DNA of 64,000 bases from the human T2T-CHM13v2.0 reference genome, Homo sapiens. The stretch lies in the NCBI RefSeq assembly GCF_009914755.1, contig NC_060937.1. One strand, 5' to 3'. This document shows, piece after piece, positions 1 to 19,248 of this stretch; position 1 is the first letter of the stretch; each line of letters starts with the position of its first letter. Below the pieces are notes generated by a model that was not told where the DNA came from, searched no databases, and saw only the letters and a list, made by a program, of their open reading frames with translations. Position numbers and translations under genes: made by a program.

Positions 1-143
1 TTGGTTTCCATTGTAATTAATTTAATCACATGTGTTCTAGAGTTTGTCCTCAGTCTTCCCCTAGTTTAGGCCCATGATCTGTTGAATTTGCTCAGCTCCC
101 TGCTCAACAGCAGGAAATCAGAATCATTTAAAATCATCATTGT

Positions 144-469
144 GGCTGGGAGTGATGGCTCATGCCTGTAATCCCAGCAATTTGGGAGGCCAAGGTGGGC
201 AGATCACTTGTTGTCAGGGGTTTGAGACCAGCCTGGCCGACAGTGAAACACCATCTCTACTAAAGATACAAATATTAGCTGGGTGTGGTGATTCACGCCT
301 GTAATCCCGGCTACTTGGGAGACTGAGGCAGGAGAATTGCTTGAACCCGGGAGGGGCAGGTTTCAGTGAGCCAAGATGGTGCACTGAACTCCAGCCTGTT
401 CAACAGAACAAGACTCTGTCTCAAAATAATAGTAATAATAATAATAATAATAATAAATAAGTAAAAATA
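144..469 (+). mobile_element. Alu (AluS/J-type) with (TAA)n tail
   Basis: Alu consensus GGCTGGG...TGTAATCCCAGCA; TSD-like flanks aaaatcatcattgtg / aaaatctcattgtg. Confidence 0.95.
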
Positions 470-849
470 AAAATCTCATTGTGTTTCAAACAAAATTTCT
501 TTTGAATATCAACTGTATCAACTTGCATATTAACTATAATCATTTTGTTTACTTTATATCCAATCTTGAGAAATCTTTGAGGACTAATTTCACTCTTTTC
601 TGCCATTTTGGTAAACATACCAAATGCCATCAAACAAAATGCACAAAATTCCCTAGAAATACATTTTCTCCTTGAGGAGTAGACTTGTTGTGTTAGAGGA
701 ACTCATGGTTACCTAGCTTCTAGTTTAATAAACATGACTAGAATATTCTATCTTAATATGAGTAGCTAGGTACTCACAAGGCATCTAGAAGGTTAATGTT
801 CATGGTCTGAAAATAATCACATTTTTTAAATGGCCACAAATTACAATTG

Positions 850-1255
850 CAGAATATTTGTGGTCATACAAGACATCTTCCACAAAGCCTGAAAAAATGT
901 ATAAATGTCCTAGGAGTGCAGAATTTTTTTGTAAGGATATTATTAATGAACTAGCTTAGGTCAATGGGTTAATGGTTATTGTTAAAACCAATAGCCCCGA
1001 CTTTAGTGACTACATCTGCACCTTCCAAGTTTAACTATAACACTTTCTCTTTATAGTTACTTATAAGTAGACACACTAACAAAAGACAATGCATTCCTGC
1101 TCTTGTTTTCTGAGGATGTCCAACTCTGTAATGGAGTAATTTCTAATAAACTTGCTTCTTTCACTGTGCTCTCTGACTCACCTCAAATTTTTGCCTGCAG
1201 AAAATCTAAGAATCCTACTTTGTGGTCTGTATCAGGACCCTCTTTTCCAGCAACA
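850..1255 (+). mobile_element. 5' LTR of a class I ERV (ERV1); 5' boundary uncertain
   Basis: AATAAA at ~1145 and an ERV1-type U5 end (aagaatcctactttgtggtctgtatcaggaccctcttttccagcaaca), followed by a degenerate PBS-like stretch at ~1261-1280. Confidence 0.7.
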
Positions 1256-2610
1256 TCTTTCAGCAACACCATGAATGGACACCAAGACAAGACCCCCACT
1301 CCAAGGAAAACAATCCACACAAAATCAATCAGCTGACACCTGGCAAGTGGGCTGTCTTTTAGATTCGTGAAGCCATTCTGGTGGGCAAGAATGATTATCC
1401 ACTATTATCATACTCAGATTAGAGGCCAAGCCCACAGAGTTAGAGGCCCTGGGGAATATTGAGAAGAATGGATTTGGCTAAACAGATGTTTGCCACTTTC
1501 TCTTTTTGGACTGTCCACCTTGTGCTCTCTGTCCCTCACCTGAGTGCTCTACATCTTGTCACCTTTCTGCTCACCGCCTCTGTTTTGTAGTAGCCTGGAG
1601 GCTGCCCCAGGACAGAGGCCCCAAGCAGTTTAGCTTTTACTTTCCTCAGCGATACTCTGACTCTTAACTGAATGCCTGTTTAATTTGCCACTGGTCCAAG
1701 TGACACTGAAAAAAAGAATTGTCTTGGAACCTAGTATTTTTGTACCTTAATTATTCGAAAAGATCAGCAGTAACCTCGCCATCATTATGACTAGAAGTGG
1801 AAATGTGGTATTTAAGAGCTCTACATGATAAGATCAGACATGCCTGTTTAGTGACAGCCTCTTTTATGACAACCCTCTGCAAACAATTACCCTCAAGATT
1901 GAGAACATGAGACTTTTTCTTAACAGTTTTCTCTCATTTCTTAGCCATAACGCCATCTTTGATAAGCTGGTATAGGGCAGCTGGACTCTACTTTCTAAAC
2001 CCAGCATGTCACTTTTTTCCTGAGAGAGTTTTGTCAGTTTTGTCATAGCAGTGTGAAAATGGACTAATACATTACAATATACAAGTTACATCCTTCCCAT
2101 TTCCCCTGTTTGATCTGACTCCTATTTTGCAGCTTAATTTGTTTTATAGAAGAGAAACTAAGAGGGAGGAAATACATTATATACAGGCTTCTCTGATGCT
2201 TGGTCAGGATAAAAAATTAAAATGGACTTCTATATGTTTGATGGAGGAAAAGACAAAATAGGGTCGGCACGTAATTGATTACCATTTTAATGCAAGTGCC
2301 TCTTAATGTTAGGCTTTTCTTAGCTGGGTCTGAAATCCACCTACCAGTCCAAGCGCCCCATAAGAACACAGACTCCTTCCAGTTCTAGTGAGGTGTGCAA
2401 CATGTTATTAATTTCTTCTAGTTTTCCAGGGTTATCTAGTGACCGGTCATCATCTTCTCCCTGCCCTTCGAGTCCTGTCTTACGTACATACCCCACTCTC
2501 AAAACACCCGAGCTTCACCAGAACAACATGCAGTGGGGCCTCTTATCAGCTGGCAAAGTTGAATGTTTGCCCTCTCTGGGAAGTGACAGATGATAATAGG
2601 AACACCATAT

Positions 2611-3574
2611 TGAAGGGGTGGCCTGTCCCTCCACACCTGTGGGCGTTTCTCATCAGGTGGAACGAGAGACTTGTGAAAAGAGACGCAGAGACAAAGTAAA
2701 GAGAAAAAGTGGGCCCAGGGGACCAGCGCTCAGCATAGGGAGGACCAGCGCCGGCACCACTCTCTGAGTTTCCTTAGTATTTATTGATGATTATCGGGCA
2801 TTTCTCAGAGAGGTGGATGTGGCAGGACAATAGGGTAACAGTGGAGAGAGGGTCAGCAGGAAAACATGTGAGCAAATGTCTCTGCATCATAAACAAGGTA
2901 AAGAAAAAAGTGCTGTGCTTTCGATGTGCATATACATAAACACCTCAATGCCTTAAAGAGCAGTATTGCCTCCAGCATGTCTCACCTCCAGCCCTGTGGC
3001 AGTTTTCTCCTATCTCAGTAGGTGGAATATACAATCGGGTTTTACAAGGAGACATTCCATTGCCCAGGGACGAGCAGGAGACAGATGGCTTTGTCTTATC
3101 TCAACTGCAAAGAGGCCTTCCTCTTTTACTAATCCTCCTCAGCACAGACCGTTTACAGGTGTCGGACTGGTGGATGGTCAGGTCCTTCCCCTCCCATGAG
3201 GCCATATTTCAGACTATCACATGGGGAGATACCTTGGACAATACTTGACTTTCCTAAGCAGAGGTCCCTGTGGCCTTCAGCAGTGTTTTGTGTCGCTGGG
3301 TCCTTGAGAGTAGGGAGTGGTGATGACTTTTAACAAGCATGATGCCTTCAAGCATTTGTTTAACAAAGCACATCCTGCATATCCCTAAATCCATTAAACC
3401 TTGAGTCGACACAGCACATGTTTCTGTGAGCACAGGGTTGGGGCTAGGGTTACAGATTAACAGCATCTCAAGGCAGAAGAATTTTTCTTAGTACAGAACA
3501 AAATGGAGTCTCTTATGTCTACTTCTTTCTACATAGACACAGTAGAAGTCTGATCTCTCTTTCTTTTCCCCACA
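2611..3574 (-). mobile_element. HERV-K (HML-2) solo LTR5 (LTR5A/B type) inserted in ERV1 gag
   Basis: Minus strand starts TGTGGGGAAAAGAAAGAGAGATCAGA and ends GGCCACCCCTTCA; TSD ccatat (2605-2610) / ctatat (3575-3580). Confidence 0.95.
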
Positions 3575-6308
3575 CTATATAGGTATGTGTACACTTTTTT
3601 ACAACTGAATTAGCCATATGCAAGGAAAAACTTAAAAAGTTTTCAGAGGTTCTGGTAAAATTCATAGACAAATTTAAAAGGCTAACCTTGACGTATGATC
3701 TGACCAGGCAGGATTTGCATATATTTATGTTTACCTGCTGCATGGTAGAAAAGCAGTGTATGATGGGATTGGCTAGAGCACATGCTAATAGGGTGGCAGC
3801 CTGCAACCAGGGGCATGAGACCTATCAAGTAGGAGGCACAGCAGTGCCTGACTAGGACCCAGAAGAGGACTAGAATCTAGAAAAGACAAATAAATTAGGA
3901 AGAAAATGGGATATAGAGAGAAAAAATTATGATCGTTTGACTCCGTGAAGGAATAAAAAAAAAGTGTGATACAGCTTTTTAATTTTAATAAAGTCTGGAA
4001 AATTACTCAGGGAAAAGATGAAAACCTAGCCTTATTACAAGGGTGGATAATTTAGACCTTGAGGAAATACACTAACATTGACCCTGACTCCAAAAAGGGA
4101 CAGGCATTGCTAGGAGTTTAATTTATAGCACGGTCTCCTTCTGATATCTGCAGGAAGCTGCCAAAAGCAGCCTTAGGCTTCCAGAGTCCCATGGATAGGA
4201 TTTTAGACTTGGATTTTGCAGTTTTCCATCACAGGAATTGGGCAGAGAAAACGTAAAATAAAGCAAATCTCCCAAGAGGCCCAGCTTCTAGCTGCAGCCT
4301 TGTGCTCTCCACCACTTCAGAGGCAACCCCTTAACCCCTGGCCCTCACAGAGGAAGTGAGAAGGTGAAAGTCCCAGTCTGTGCCTCTGGGCCACTGTGCC
4401 TTTGATATAAATCAATTTGCCTTCTGTAGGAAGGTCAGCCACTGCCGAAGGAAATGTACTGTGCTTCCAAGGGAGCCATCATCAGAGCTCAGCAGACTCA
4501 AAAGTGGCAGGGCCTGATACTTCCTACCTCCACCTCCATTGGACTATTAGCTATCGAGAGATGGAAGAGCCTCAGGTGACTCTTGAAGTAGCAGGTAGGG
4601 GTATTAACTTCATATTGGGTGTGGGAGCAGATGACTCTGTCCTGATTCAATACAATGAGCTCCTGTCTTCAAATGATGGACTAGCCCCAAAACACTCCTT
4701 TTTGTATCCTCTAAGTTGTCCTCCAGAGCCTCTAGGTTTCTCGCCTGCCTTTTTAGTACTGTCTGATTGCCTGATCTCTTACTGGGTAGAGGTTTATTGA
4801 CTCAGGAGACCGAGTCATGGTCACCTTCACAGATTGTAAAGCATAGAAAGTGTTACTTTTGTTCCTGACCCCTCAGAGGAAAAATGAAGTTAAGAATCAG
4901 CTGTCACATTTACCACCTGAGGTGTTGTCTCAAGTAAATCTTGAGGTTTGGGCCACACAGGCTCTGGGAAACGCACTAAACACCTCCCCCATTCGAATCC
5001 AACTTCAGCCTAGTGCTCCTCAACCTCAGAAGAGACAATACATTTTAAGGCAAGAAGCATGAGGGGAAATTCAACCCCTTATTGCCTAATTCTTGCCATA
5101 TGAGTTATTAAGGCCATGAGAGTCTCGTTACAATACTCGCATGTTACCAGATAAAAAGCCTAATGGCAAGTACAGATTTGTCAGAACGCTTAGAGCATTA
5201 AGAAATGCAGTTGTCTCCATAGACCTCATTGTCCCCAATACTTACCAAGTCCCAGGGGATGCAAGCTGGTTTACATTCTTATATCTGAAAGATGCACTTT
5301 TCTGGATCTCAATGCATCCAGATTCATAATATATTTGCCTTTGAATGGACTGATCCAGATATGCATTCTGCCTCAAAACTAACCTGGACAGTTATCTCTG
5401 AAGGGTTCTGGGATAGCCCCCACTTATATGAAAATGCCCTAGCTAAGGACTTAACAAATCTACAATTGGAAAGGGACACAATTATTCAGTATGTAGGTGA
5501 CTTGCTCATTGCTAGCCCAACTAAAGAAGACTCATAATAATACTGTTAAGTTGGTAACAGATATAGGGCATCACCACACAGGGCTCAGATTTTGACTGAA
5601 AGACTTAAATATTTGGAATCTGTCTTAACCTCTGGAACTGATCAACATCCCTAGAAGATAAAAAAGTTATTTTAGTCACCCAAGGGTCCCTGTCCAAAAA
5701 TTGACTGTGTGCTTTTTTTAGGAGATGGCTGGGTACTGCTGCTTATGGGTGCCCAGGTTTGGGCATGTAGCCAAGCCTTTATATGATACTCTAAAGGGAA
5801 AGATTTAGAGCTCCTAGAATGTAATGAGAACTGCAAGCAAACCTTCAATACTCTCAAGGAGAAATTGGGCTCTGCTGCAGCCGTGGGAGTCCCCAAGTTG
5901 GATAAACAATTTTTCTTTATGTGACCAAAAAGCAAGGCATAGGCCTTGGGTAATCTTGTCCCAAAACTGGGGCGCATTCCAAGGCCAGTAGCCTAATTTT
6001 CTAAGCAGATAGACCAGGTGGCCTCAGGGTGGCCTTGATGTCTTAGAGCTATTGCTGCTACCACTTTTCTAGCAGGCAAAGCTAATAAACTAACATTAGA
6101 ACAGCACCTACAGGTTTTCGACCCCACACCAAGGGAAGGTGGTCCTAGAAGCTAAAGTGAAGCAGTGGATAATACGAGAACATTTATGAAAGTATCAGAC
6201 CTTATTGCTAGACCCTCCAGACATAACCCTTAAAGCCTGCCAAACCATAAACCCAGCTACTTATCTGCCAGAGTCCACAGGTGCTTCTAGCCTTTCTGGC
6301 ATACAGGT

Positions 6309-6964
<656 letters not shown>

Positions 6965-8570
6965 CAGGTTATGAAACAAATTTATTCTAGCAGACCAGAC
7001 GTAAGAAGGATGAGACCCTTGACCATCCCAAGGAAGAGTGGTTAACAGATGTAAGTTGTTTTATGCATCAGGAAAACAGGAGGGCTAGATATGCTATTAG
7101 TAGTCAGCACAAGAGAATCAAGGCACAAGTCTTGCTGGCCTCGACCTCAGCTCAAAATGCTGAGTTAATTGAACTTACTCAGCCCCTCCAGTTGGCAAAG
7201 GATTTAAAAGTTAACATTTACACTGATTCCAAGTATGACTTTTTAGTGCTTCATGCTTATGCTGCAATTTGGAATGAGTAGGGACTCCTGATCCCCAAGG
7301 ACTTTTCCATACAACATCATTGAGATTTTGAGCTTGTTAGAATGCTGCTTTGCTGCCAAAAAGTGACTAAAATTAATTGCAGAGGACATCAAAAGAGAGA
7401 CTGACCATATAAAAGGAAATGTCCTTGTAGATGCCACAGCCAAGGCCCCTGCACTGAAAGGGCCAATGAAGCTTATGGGCGTGCTGGTCAGCATACATAG
7501 AACTGGGCCAGAACACTCTAAAGAAGAACAAAAATGGGCCATGGATTGCATTTCAGTCCAGGGCCCCTCTGGCTGCTGAATGATGGTAATAAATTACTAA
7601 TGCCAAGTACCAGTCATAGGAATATAATTCAGCACTTTCATGATTCTTTTCACCCTAGAAGTGATTCTTGGTTTCTGTTAATGTCTCATTTGTTTATAGG
7701 GGTAAATCTTTTCAAAACACCAAAACAGGTGACTCAGCCCTGTGAGCTCTGTGCCTGACATGACCCAAATGGCCAGCAATTTTCTCCTTCTCCAGGTAAA
7801 CCTGTCCAAAATTGAGGAACCTATCCAGGTGAGAACTGGCAACTCTAATTTATGCAGATATCTTTCTGCAGGAGATTCAAATATTTGCTAATGCTTACTG
7901 ATACCCTCACTGGTTAGATCGAGGCATTCCCCACCCCATCTGAAAAATGTTTACCAGAAGAAATAACTCCTTAGTTTGGGTAATCTAAAAGCCTGCAAAG
8001 TGGCAATGGCCCGTCTTTCACAGCAGGTGTATCCCAACACCTATCCTCAGATTTAAGAATCCAATATTACCTTCACTCTGTGTGCAGACTGCAGTCCTCT
8101 GGAAAGGTGAAAGGGCTAATCCTACTCTAAAGAAGACTCCAGCTAAATCAGACGCCTGACTATCTCTAACACCCATAGCTTACTGCGGGTTTGAACTGCT
8201 CCAAAGTAAAACTTATAATTAAATCCTGTTGAGTTAACATTCGGAAGACCTTTCCTAAGCACAGATCTCCTAAAAGATGAAAAGACTCATCAATTACAAC
8301 AATATGTCATCAATCTAGGACAGGTGCAAAGGCACTCTGTGAATATGGAAACAAGAGTCTTCTCCTCCCACATGGGAGGAAAATTCAGTTTCAGCTCAGC
8401 TAAGGATTTAGTCTTACTAAAGTTGTGGGAGGAAGTTCTCCAGCTGACCAGCTTTCCCCAACATGGAAAGGACCACAGCAAGGACACCTGAGCTCCCCAA
8501 CAGACGTTCAGCGCCAAGGGAGTCACAGGTGGGTACACCTGTGTGGAAGTAAAGCTGTTGCTTATTCTGG

Positions 8571-8758
8571 GAGCAGAATCCGAGGCTGAGGCAGGTGGGC
8601 GCCGGGCTATTTCAGCGTTGGTGGAGGGCGGGCTGGGTAGCTGTGTGTCTGCTGCTCCTTCTCGCGTTTCTCCTGCCTCTGTAATCCCACCTTAGCCATG
8701 AGGGAAATAGTGCTCACGCAGGCCAGGCAGTACGGGAACCAGATCGGCGCCAAGGTTG
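8571..8758 (+). pseudogene. TUBB8/TUBB4Q-family beta-tubulin promoter, 5'UTR and exon 1 fragment
   Basis: ATG at 8698 gives MREIVLTQARQYGNQIGAK (57-nt exon 1, the typical TUBB exon boundary), then a GT donor at 8755; VLTQ is TUBB8-like; GC-rich leader with a degenerate TATA (ctatttca); no further tubulin exons in the window. Confidence 0.88.
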
Positions 8759-8875
8759 TATTTGACTCCATAAAAATTAAAATTTTGTATGAGAGAAAAA
8801 TGCCTCAAAGTCAAAAGTCAACAGACTGGGGAAATAGATCTGCAACATACATGACAGACAAAAAGCTAATTTGGG

Positions 8876-9010
8876 ATATATATATATATATATATAGATA
8901 TATATATATATATATATACATATATATAGATATATATATATACACACACACATATAAATATATATACATATAAATGTATATACATATAAATATAGATAGA
9001 TATATGTAAA
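8876..9010. repeat. (TA)n-rich microsatellite
   Basis: Visible TA/TATAGA/TACA run. Confidence 0.95.
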
Positions 9011-9034
9011 TATCCATTTTTAACACCATTTAAA

Positions 9035-10990
9035 AAAATATCGTCCTTTCCCCATTGAACACTATTGATGCCCTTGTTAAAAATCATGACCATATTTTTT
9101 GGTTCTTTATTTCTATTGCATTGGTCTTTGTGCCTGTCTCTATGCTGGTACAGCATTGTTTTGCGTACTGAAGTTTGAAACCAGGAGGTGTTAGTCCTCT
9201 GACTTTGTCAGTTTTTAAGATTGATTTGGCTGCTTGGGGTTTTTTGAGATTTCATCTGAATTTTAGAACAGATTTTTCTATTTTTTCAAATATTGGAATT
9301 TTTACAGTGATTTTATTGAATCTGTAGATGATTATAGATAACAATGGCACCTTGACAAGATTTTGTCTTCCAGTCCATAAACATATGATGTCTTTTAATT
9401 TATTTGTGTCATCTTTAATACTTTCATGTCATGTTTCTAGTTTTTGCTGTACAGGTTTTTCATTTCCTTGGTTAAGTGGGTTTCTAAGCATTTTATTCTT
9501 TTGATGCTATCATACATGATACTGTTGTCTTGATTTCTTCTTCAGATAGTTTATTGTTATTGCAGAAATACAACTGATTTTTGTTTATTATTTTGTATCC
9601 TGCAGCTTTGCTAAATTTTATTTATTGCATCTCACAGTTTATTTCACAGAAATTAAAAGATTTTTAATATATGAGGTTAGGTCGTCTGCAAACAGATAAT
9701 TTTACTTTTAAAAAAATTGGAATATCTTTAATTCTTTTACTCACCTTATTGTTTTAACTAACCAGAACCTTCAGTACTATATTAAATAGAAGTAGTAAAA
9801 GCAGGCATCCTTATTTTTGCTCTTAGGGTAAAAGCTTTCAGTCTTTCACCATGTTAGCTGTGTTTTTTTGTTTTGTTTTGTTTTTTGTATAGCATTATGT
9901 TAAGGTGTTTTCTTTCTTTTTATAGTTTATTAACTATATTTTATCATGAATGTGGGTTAAATTTTGACAAATGCTTTTTCTTCTTTGCTTAAGATGATTA
10001 CATGAGGGTTTTTTCCTTATGTTAATGTGATATTATGCTGATTTTCATGAGTTGGAACATACTTTTATTTCAGGAGTCAATTATACTCATTCATAGTGTA
10101 TAATCCTTTTAATGTACTGCTAAGTTTGAGTTGCTGGTATTTTGTTGAGGATTTTTGCATCAGCATTTATAAGGGATGTTTGTTTGTAGTTTTCTTATGG
10201 TGCCTTTGTCTGGCTTGGTGTCAGGGTAATACTGTACTCATAGAATAAGTTAGAAAAAATTACCTTGTCTTCAATGTTTTGAAAAAGTTTGAGAAAAAGT
10301 GGTGTTAATTCTGCTTTAAACATTGGGTAGAATTCAACAGTGAAGCCATCTGGTCCAGGCTTTTCATTGTTGCTGGGTTTTCGATTACTGATGCAATCTT
10401 CCTGTTGAATCTCCTTGCTGAATAGGTTTATTCAACTTTTCTGATTCAGTCTTAGTAGGTTTTTTGTTTCTAGGAATTTGTTCATTTTATTTAGGCTCTT
10501 CAATTTTTTAGTGTATAATTCCTTATGGTACTCTCCTACATCCTTTTTTACTCCAAAAATTTGTTAGTAATGTACCCATTTTATTTTTGAGTTTAGTAAT
10601 TTGAATATTACCTTTTTTCTTAGTCAATCTAGATAAAATTTTGTCAGTTTTGATCTTTTTCAGAGAACAAACTAGGTTTTGTTGATTTTTGATATTGTTT
10701 TTCTATTCTCTATTACACTTATTTCCACTGCTATCTTTATCATTTTTTTAATTTTGCTAGCTTTTAATTGTCCCTCTTTAATAGTCCCTCTTTTTCCCTC
10801 TGTTTTTAGTTCCTTAGGAGTAAAGTTGTTGATTCGGTATCTTATTTTTTATAATCACTTATAGCTATAAATTTTACCCTTATGGTACTGTTTTTTATGT
10901 ATCTCTTAACTTTTGGTATTTCATGTTTTTAATTTGTCTCTAGATATTTTCTATTTTCTCTTGTGATTTCTTCTTTTATCCATCCTTGAG
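9035..10990 (-). mobile_element. Old L1M ORF2 fragments
   Basis: T-rich strand with L1 ORF2 remnants (tgaagccatctggtccaggc, gtcgtctgcaaacagataatttt). Confidence 0.8.
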
Positions 10991-12254
10991 TGTTTCATAC
11001 CTATATTTTTAGACATAAAATGTGTAACCTACAAAATTTTCTTGATTTGTTAGTTTTATTTGTTGTAAGTTTTTATTTCAGAATTAAATGTGCGTATCAA
11101 CATTTGTTATGTTCTCATAAACTTCTGTAATACATGGAGATTCCTGGTCCACATATGTAAGTCTCTACATGAATATTATTTTGAAGCATTTAAGCTTCTG
11201 TTTTAATATTTCAAAGGTCTAAATGAAATTGAGATTTTGGTTTCTGAGATGAAATCATGGTAGTTGATTGAGAAATGCTTAAAAATTAGCCAAAACTTAA
11301 AATTAAGTTAAAGTTTACCTTTAAGATTCAACCTGAATAAGTCACCTGTATTGCTGGTAATAAAGGAAACTTCAGAGAATGTTTTTCTTTCCCCAGTTGA
11401 CATATAAATTAAAAGATGTAAAAAATTTTTATGGCCTTATGCATTTTTTACTTTAGAATTCCAACTTTTTCTGGTTAAAATTTTTCCAAACAGATTCCTT
11501 GTATTTGAAGACAAATAATTTTTTAGTTGAACTGCTTAAGCAGTTAAATAAGGCCATGGAAGTTTCTCGAACTTATGGGAATCCATGAGAAAATCTGACA
11601 TTACGTTCTATTCTCTTGGAAGGTAGAAATATCGTTTGACTTCTGTTTTGCTGACAAGAAATGTCCTGAGCAAGACTACCTGGGACAATGACCTCACACA
11701 TGGAAAACGTTGGAGCCCATCTGTTTCCAATCTGCTTTTTTCCAAAAATTAGGGAAGTTCAGTTTTCCCTTTGATACTCTCTGTTACTACCAATACCAAT
11801 GCCAGGGCTGTCCTGCTTCTACAAGTGACAATGACAAATATAGGCCTGAAGAAAGATGAGCTGATGGCATTCCCAGATTATTACCTCTCCTTGGGGGCCT
11901 TATCTCACATACATGGATTCAACTCATAGACTCAGCTGGGTGAGGATCTATTATTCAGCTACATTAGAAGTGACTGCTTAAGACTCAGGTGTGTGGTGAA
12001 ATGAGGCAGAATTTTCTCAATGGAGTGTTAGGAGAATTTTCTCCTCATAATTACCATCTTACTATCACTAAATCATAGCTAAACTGAGGAAATTATTCAA
12101 GAAGAAATAGAAATGTAATCTTAGGAAGACATAAATTTAGACATTTGTGGAGAGCCCTTCATAATTTTATGGTGTTCTCTTTGAGCTGGGATTATAGTTG
12201 ACTTTTCATTATAATATATTAGCTGTTCTAGACTTTATGCATTTACGTAAAGTT

Positions 12255-16770
<4,516 letters not shown>

Positions 16771-17883
16771 AAAGTATGATTTCTTATTACATGAGATGTT
16801 TTAAATACATAACAATAATGATATTTATCAAAAATAATATTTTGTTTCAATGTGATAAAAATTGCTAATAAATCAATTCTTTTTTGGTTATCACAAAGCT
16901 ATCTGGAAATGTAATGTCTGCCATTTATAAAATTTTGTAGGGTTAATAGAACTTTACTTGAAAGGAGGCTGGCAATAGGCATCATGACTTCAAGCACTGC
17001 CAGTGAAGTTGCGGATTTTGAAGTGGTAATCACATCTTGTTACTGGGATTATAAATTTGTACAAGCTTTATCAATTGTGATTAAACAATATATACCAAAA
17101 TTATAAATGGCAATACTCTCTGATTCAGCAATTTCATTTCCAGAAATTTACCCTACAGACATACTCATGAAGCCTGGAATTATGTATGAATGGGAGAAAG
17201 TATTATACCACCTTTTTAATTAACAAAAGTCTAGAAATCACCTTAATGTTTGTCGATCACATTAATGATTATCACCTTACTGTTTATTGAAATTATGGTT
17301 ATTCATATGATAGAATACTATGCAGCTATTTTTAAAAAATAAATTTTAAAAAGATGCTCAAAACTGATGTCCAAGATATGTTACAAAGTAAAAAACCTGG
17401 GTGCAGAGGCATGTGTGTAATATGCCTCCATTCCTATAAAATCAGAGTGTATATAAATGCATACAGTATCTCTATTAACTGGTAACTCTTACAAAATTCA
17501 AAGTTAATGCAGGCAAGGCCTTTCTTTTTTAATGCTAAAACTCCAAGGAACTGCACAACATTTGAGGATTTCCAACACATGCCAATCTACCTTTGAACCT
17601 ACAGATTTTAGGAAATGAGGCTTTTGAAAAATCAAGCATTAATATTTCTAGCTACAGTTGTTTGGGACATAATTAGAATGATCCATTCTTTGGAAGTCTG
17701 TAAAATTTGCTCATACAACCATCTGGGCCTAGTCCTTCCTTTGTGAAAGATTTTATTTTACTAGAGATTTTATGTTCTTCATGTTATAGTACTTCCTCAG
17801 TTTTCTATTTCTTCCTGATTCTTGAGTCAATTTTGGTACCACTTAGTACCCCACAGGGTGCTTGGGCTCAGAACACATCAGTC

Positions 17884-18248
17884 AAAGAAAGAGAGAAGAA
17901 AGGAAGGCAGGAAGGAAGGAGGAAGAAAAGAAGGAAGGAAAGAACGGGACAAAGAAGGAAAGAGAGAAGGAAGGAAAGAATGAGAGAAAGAAGGATGGAG
18001 GGAGAGAAAGATGGAAAGAGAGAAATAGAGAAGGAAATGAGAGAGAAGGAAGGAAGGAGGGAGAGAAAGAGGGAAAGAGAAAGAAGGAAAGAAACAAGGA
18101 AGCAGGGAGGGAGAGAAAGAGGAAGGGAGAGGAAGGAAGGAAGGAAGAGAGGAAGGAAGGAGAGTGGGGGGGAAGGGAGAGAGAGAGGGAGGGAGGGAAA
18201 GAAAGAAAGAGAGAAAGGTGAAAGGTGGGGACGGAAAGGGAAGAGGAG
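17884..18248. repeat. Purine-rich (GGAA/GA)n low-complexity tract
   Basis: About 360 bp, almost entirely A/G. Confidence 0.95.
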
Positions 18249-18477
18249 CCAGCCACAGGCTACAGGCTGTTTGTTCACTCTTTTATGTGACCCAGGCAGT
18301 TTTGCCTTTTAAATATTCCACCTTCTGCCATGAGTTACACGCTTCAATATTCATTCCTCAGAGCATTCAAAGGTCTATGTGTGCCCTGCCATGAAGGAGT
18401 ATGGCTTCAACTCTCAAACACAACTCTCAGCCAAAATATTAATGACTGGTCCCTCCCATACACTCATCAATCCCCCA

Positions 18478-18870
18478 TATATGGTCTGCATGTGTCTCCC
18501 AGAGCTCACATGTTGGAAGCTTAATCCTCTATGTGACAGTGTTGAGAGGCAGGGCCTAATAAGAGTGATTGGATTATGAGATTCTGCCCCCATGCACGGA
18601 TTAATGTCACTATCTCAGGAGTAGGTTAGTTATCTTTGGAGTGGGCTTGTATTAAAAGCAAGTTCAGCCCCTTTTGCTCTCTTTCTTTCTGAAAGTCTTG
18701 CTCTGCTGCCTTCAGCCATGAGATGACACAGCAAGAAGGCCCTCACCAGATGCAGACCCCCTCATCCTTGGACTTCCTAGCCTCCAGAACTCTAAGAAAT
18801 AAATTTCTTTTCTTTATAGATTCCCTAGTCTATGATATTCTGTTATAGCCGCACAAAATGGGTTAAGATG
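18478..18870 (+). mobile_element. MaLR LTR (MSTC/MSTD-like)
   Basis: tatggtctgcatgtgtctccc ... gccctcaccagatgc ... cctccagaactctaagaaataaattt. Confidence 0.8.
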
Positions 18871-19147
18871 CCCCATTACATGGAGAGTGCTGATCCACAG
18901 GGTTAAGATCATTGACTTAGGGCTTGGAGTCTTATACAACATCCCTATGGGAATTGGTCTCCATATTCCCTATCTTCCAGGAATCTCAAACGGTGATCTC
19001 AGACCAAAATATAGTCCAGATATTTTGCATTTGGCAATATTGCCCACTTTTCCACAACTTTATCGTGGCAGCTTTGATGTGCTCACTTTTATGATCCCTG
19101 AAAGGATATGAGTTCAAGATCCTGCAAGGTTACAATCCAAGGATAGA

Positions 19148-19248
19148 AGAGCCTAGTCAAGAGTCCCATCACCTGGGTGATCAGTGCAGAGATATGTCAC
19201 AAAGCCCCCATAGGCAGAGCCTAGACAAGAGTTACATCACCTGGATGA
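19148..19248 (+). repeat. Beta-satellite (68-bp Sau3A/BSR) island, ~1.5 monomers
   Basis: gatcagtgcagagatatgtcacaaagcccccataggcagagcctagacaagagttacatcacctgg matches the recalled 68-bp consensus; agagcctag..aagagt...atcacctgg recurs one monomer apart. Confidence 0.9.

Noticed and set aside
18-28. TAATTTAATCA DUX4 motif
   Set aside because: Single hit in AT-rich DNA at the window edge with no supporting context
8698-8973. 91-aa ORF as a real tubulin gene
   Set aside because: Only 19 codons are tubulin; the rest is L1 remnant and (TA)n
17707-18312. 201-aa R/E/K/G-rich ORF
   Set aside because: Translation of a purine low-complexity tract
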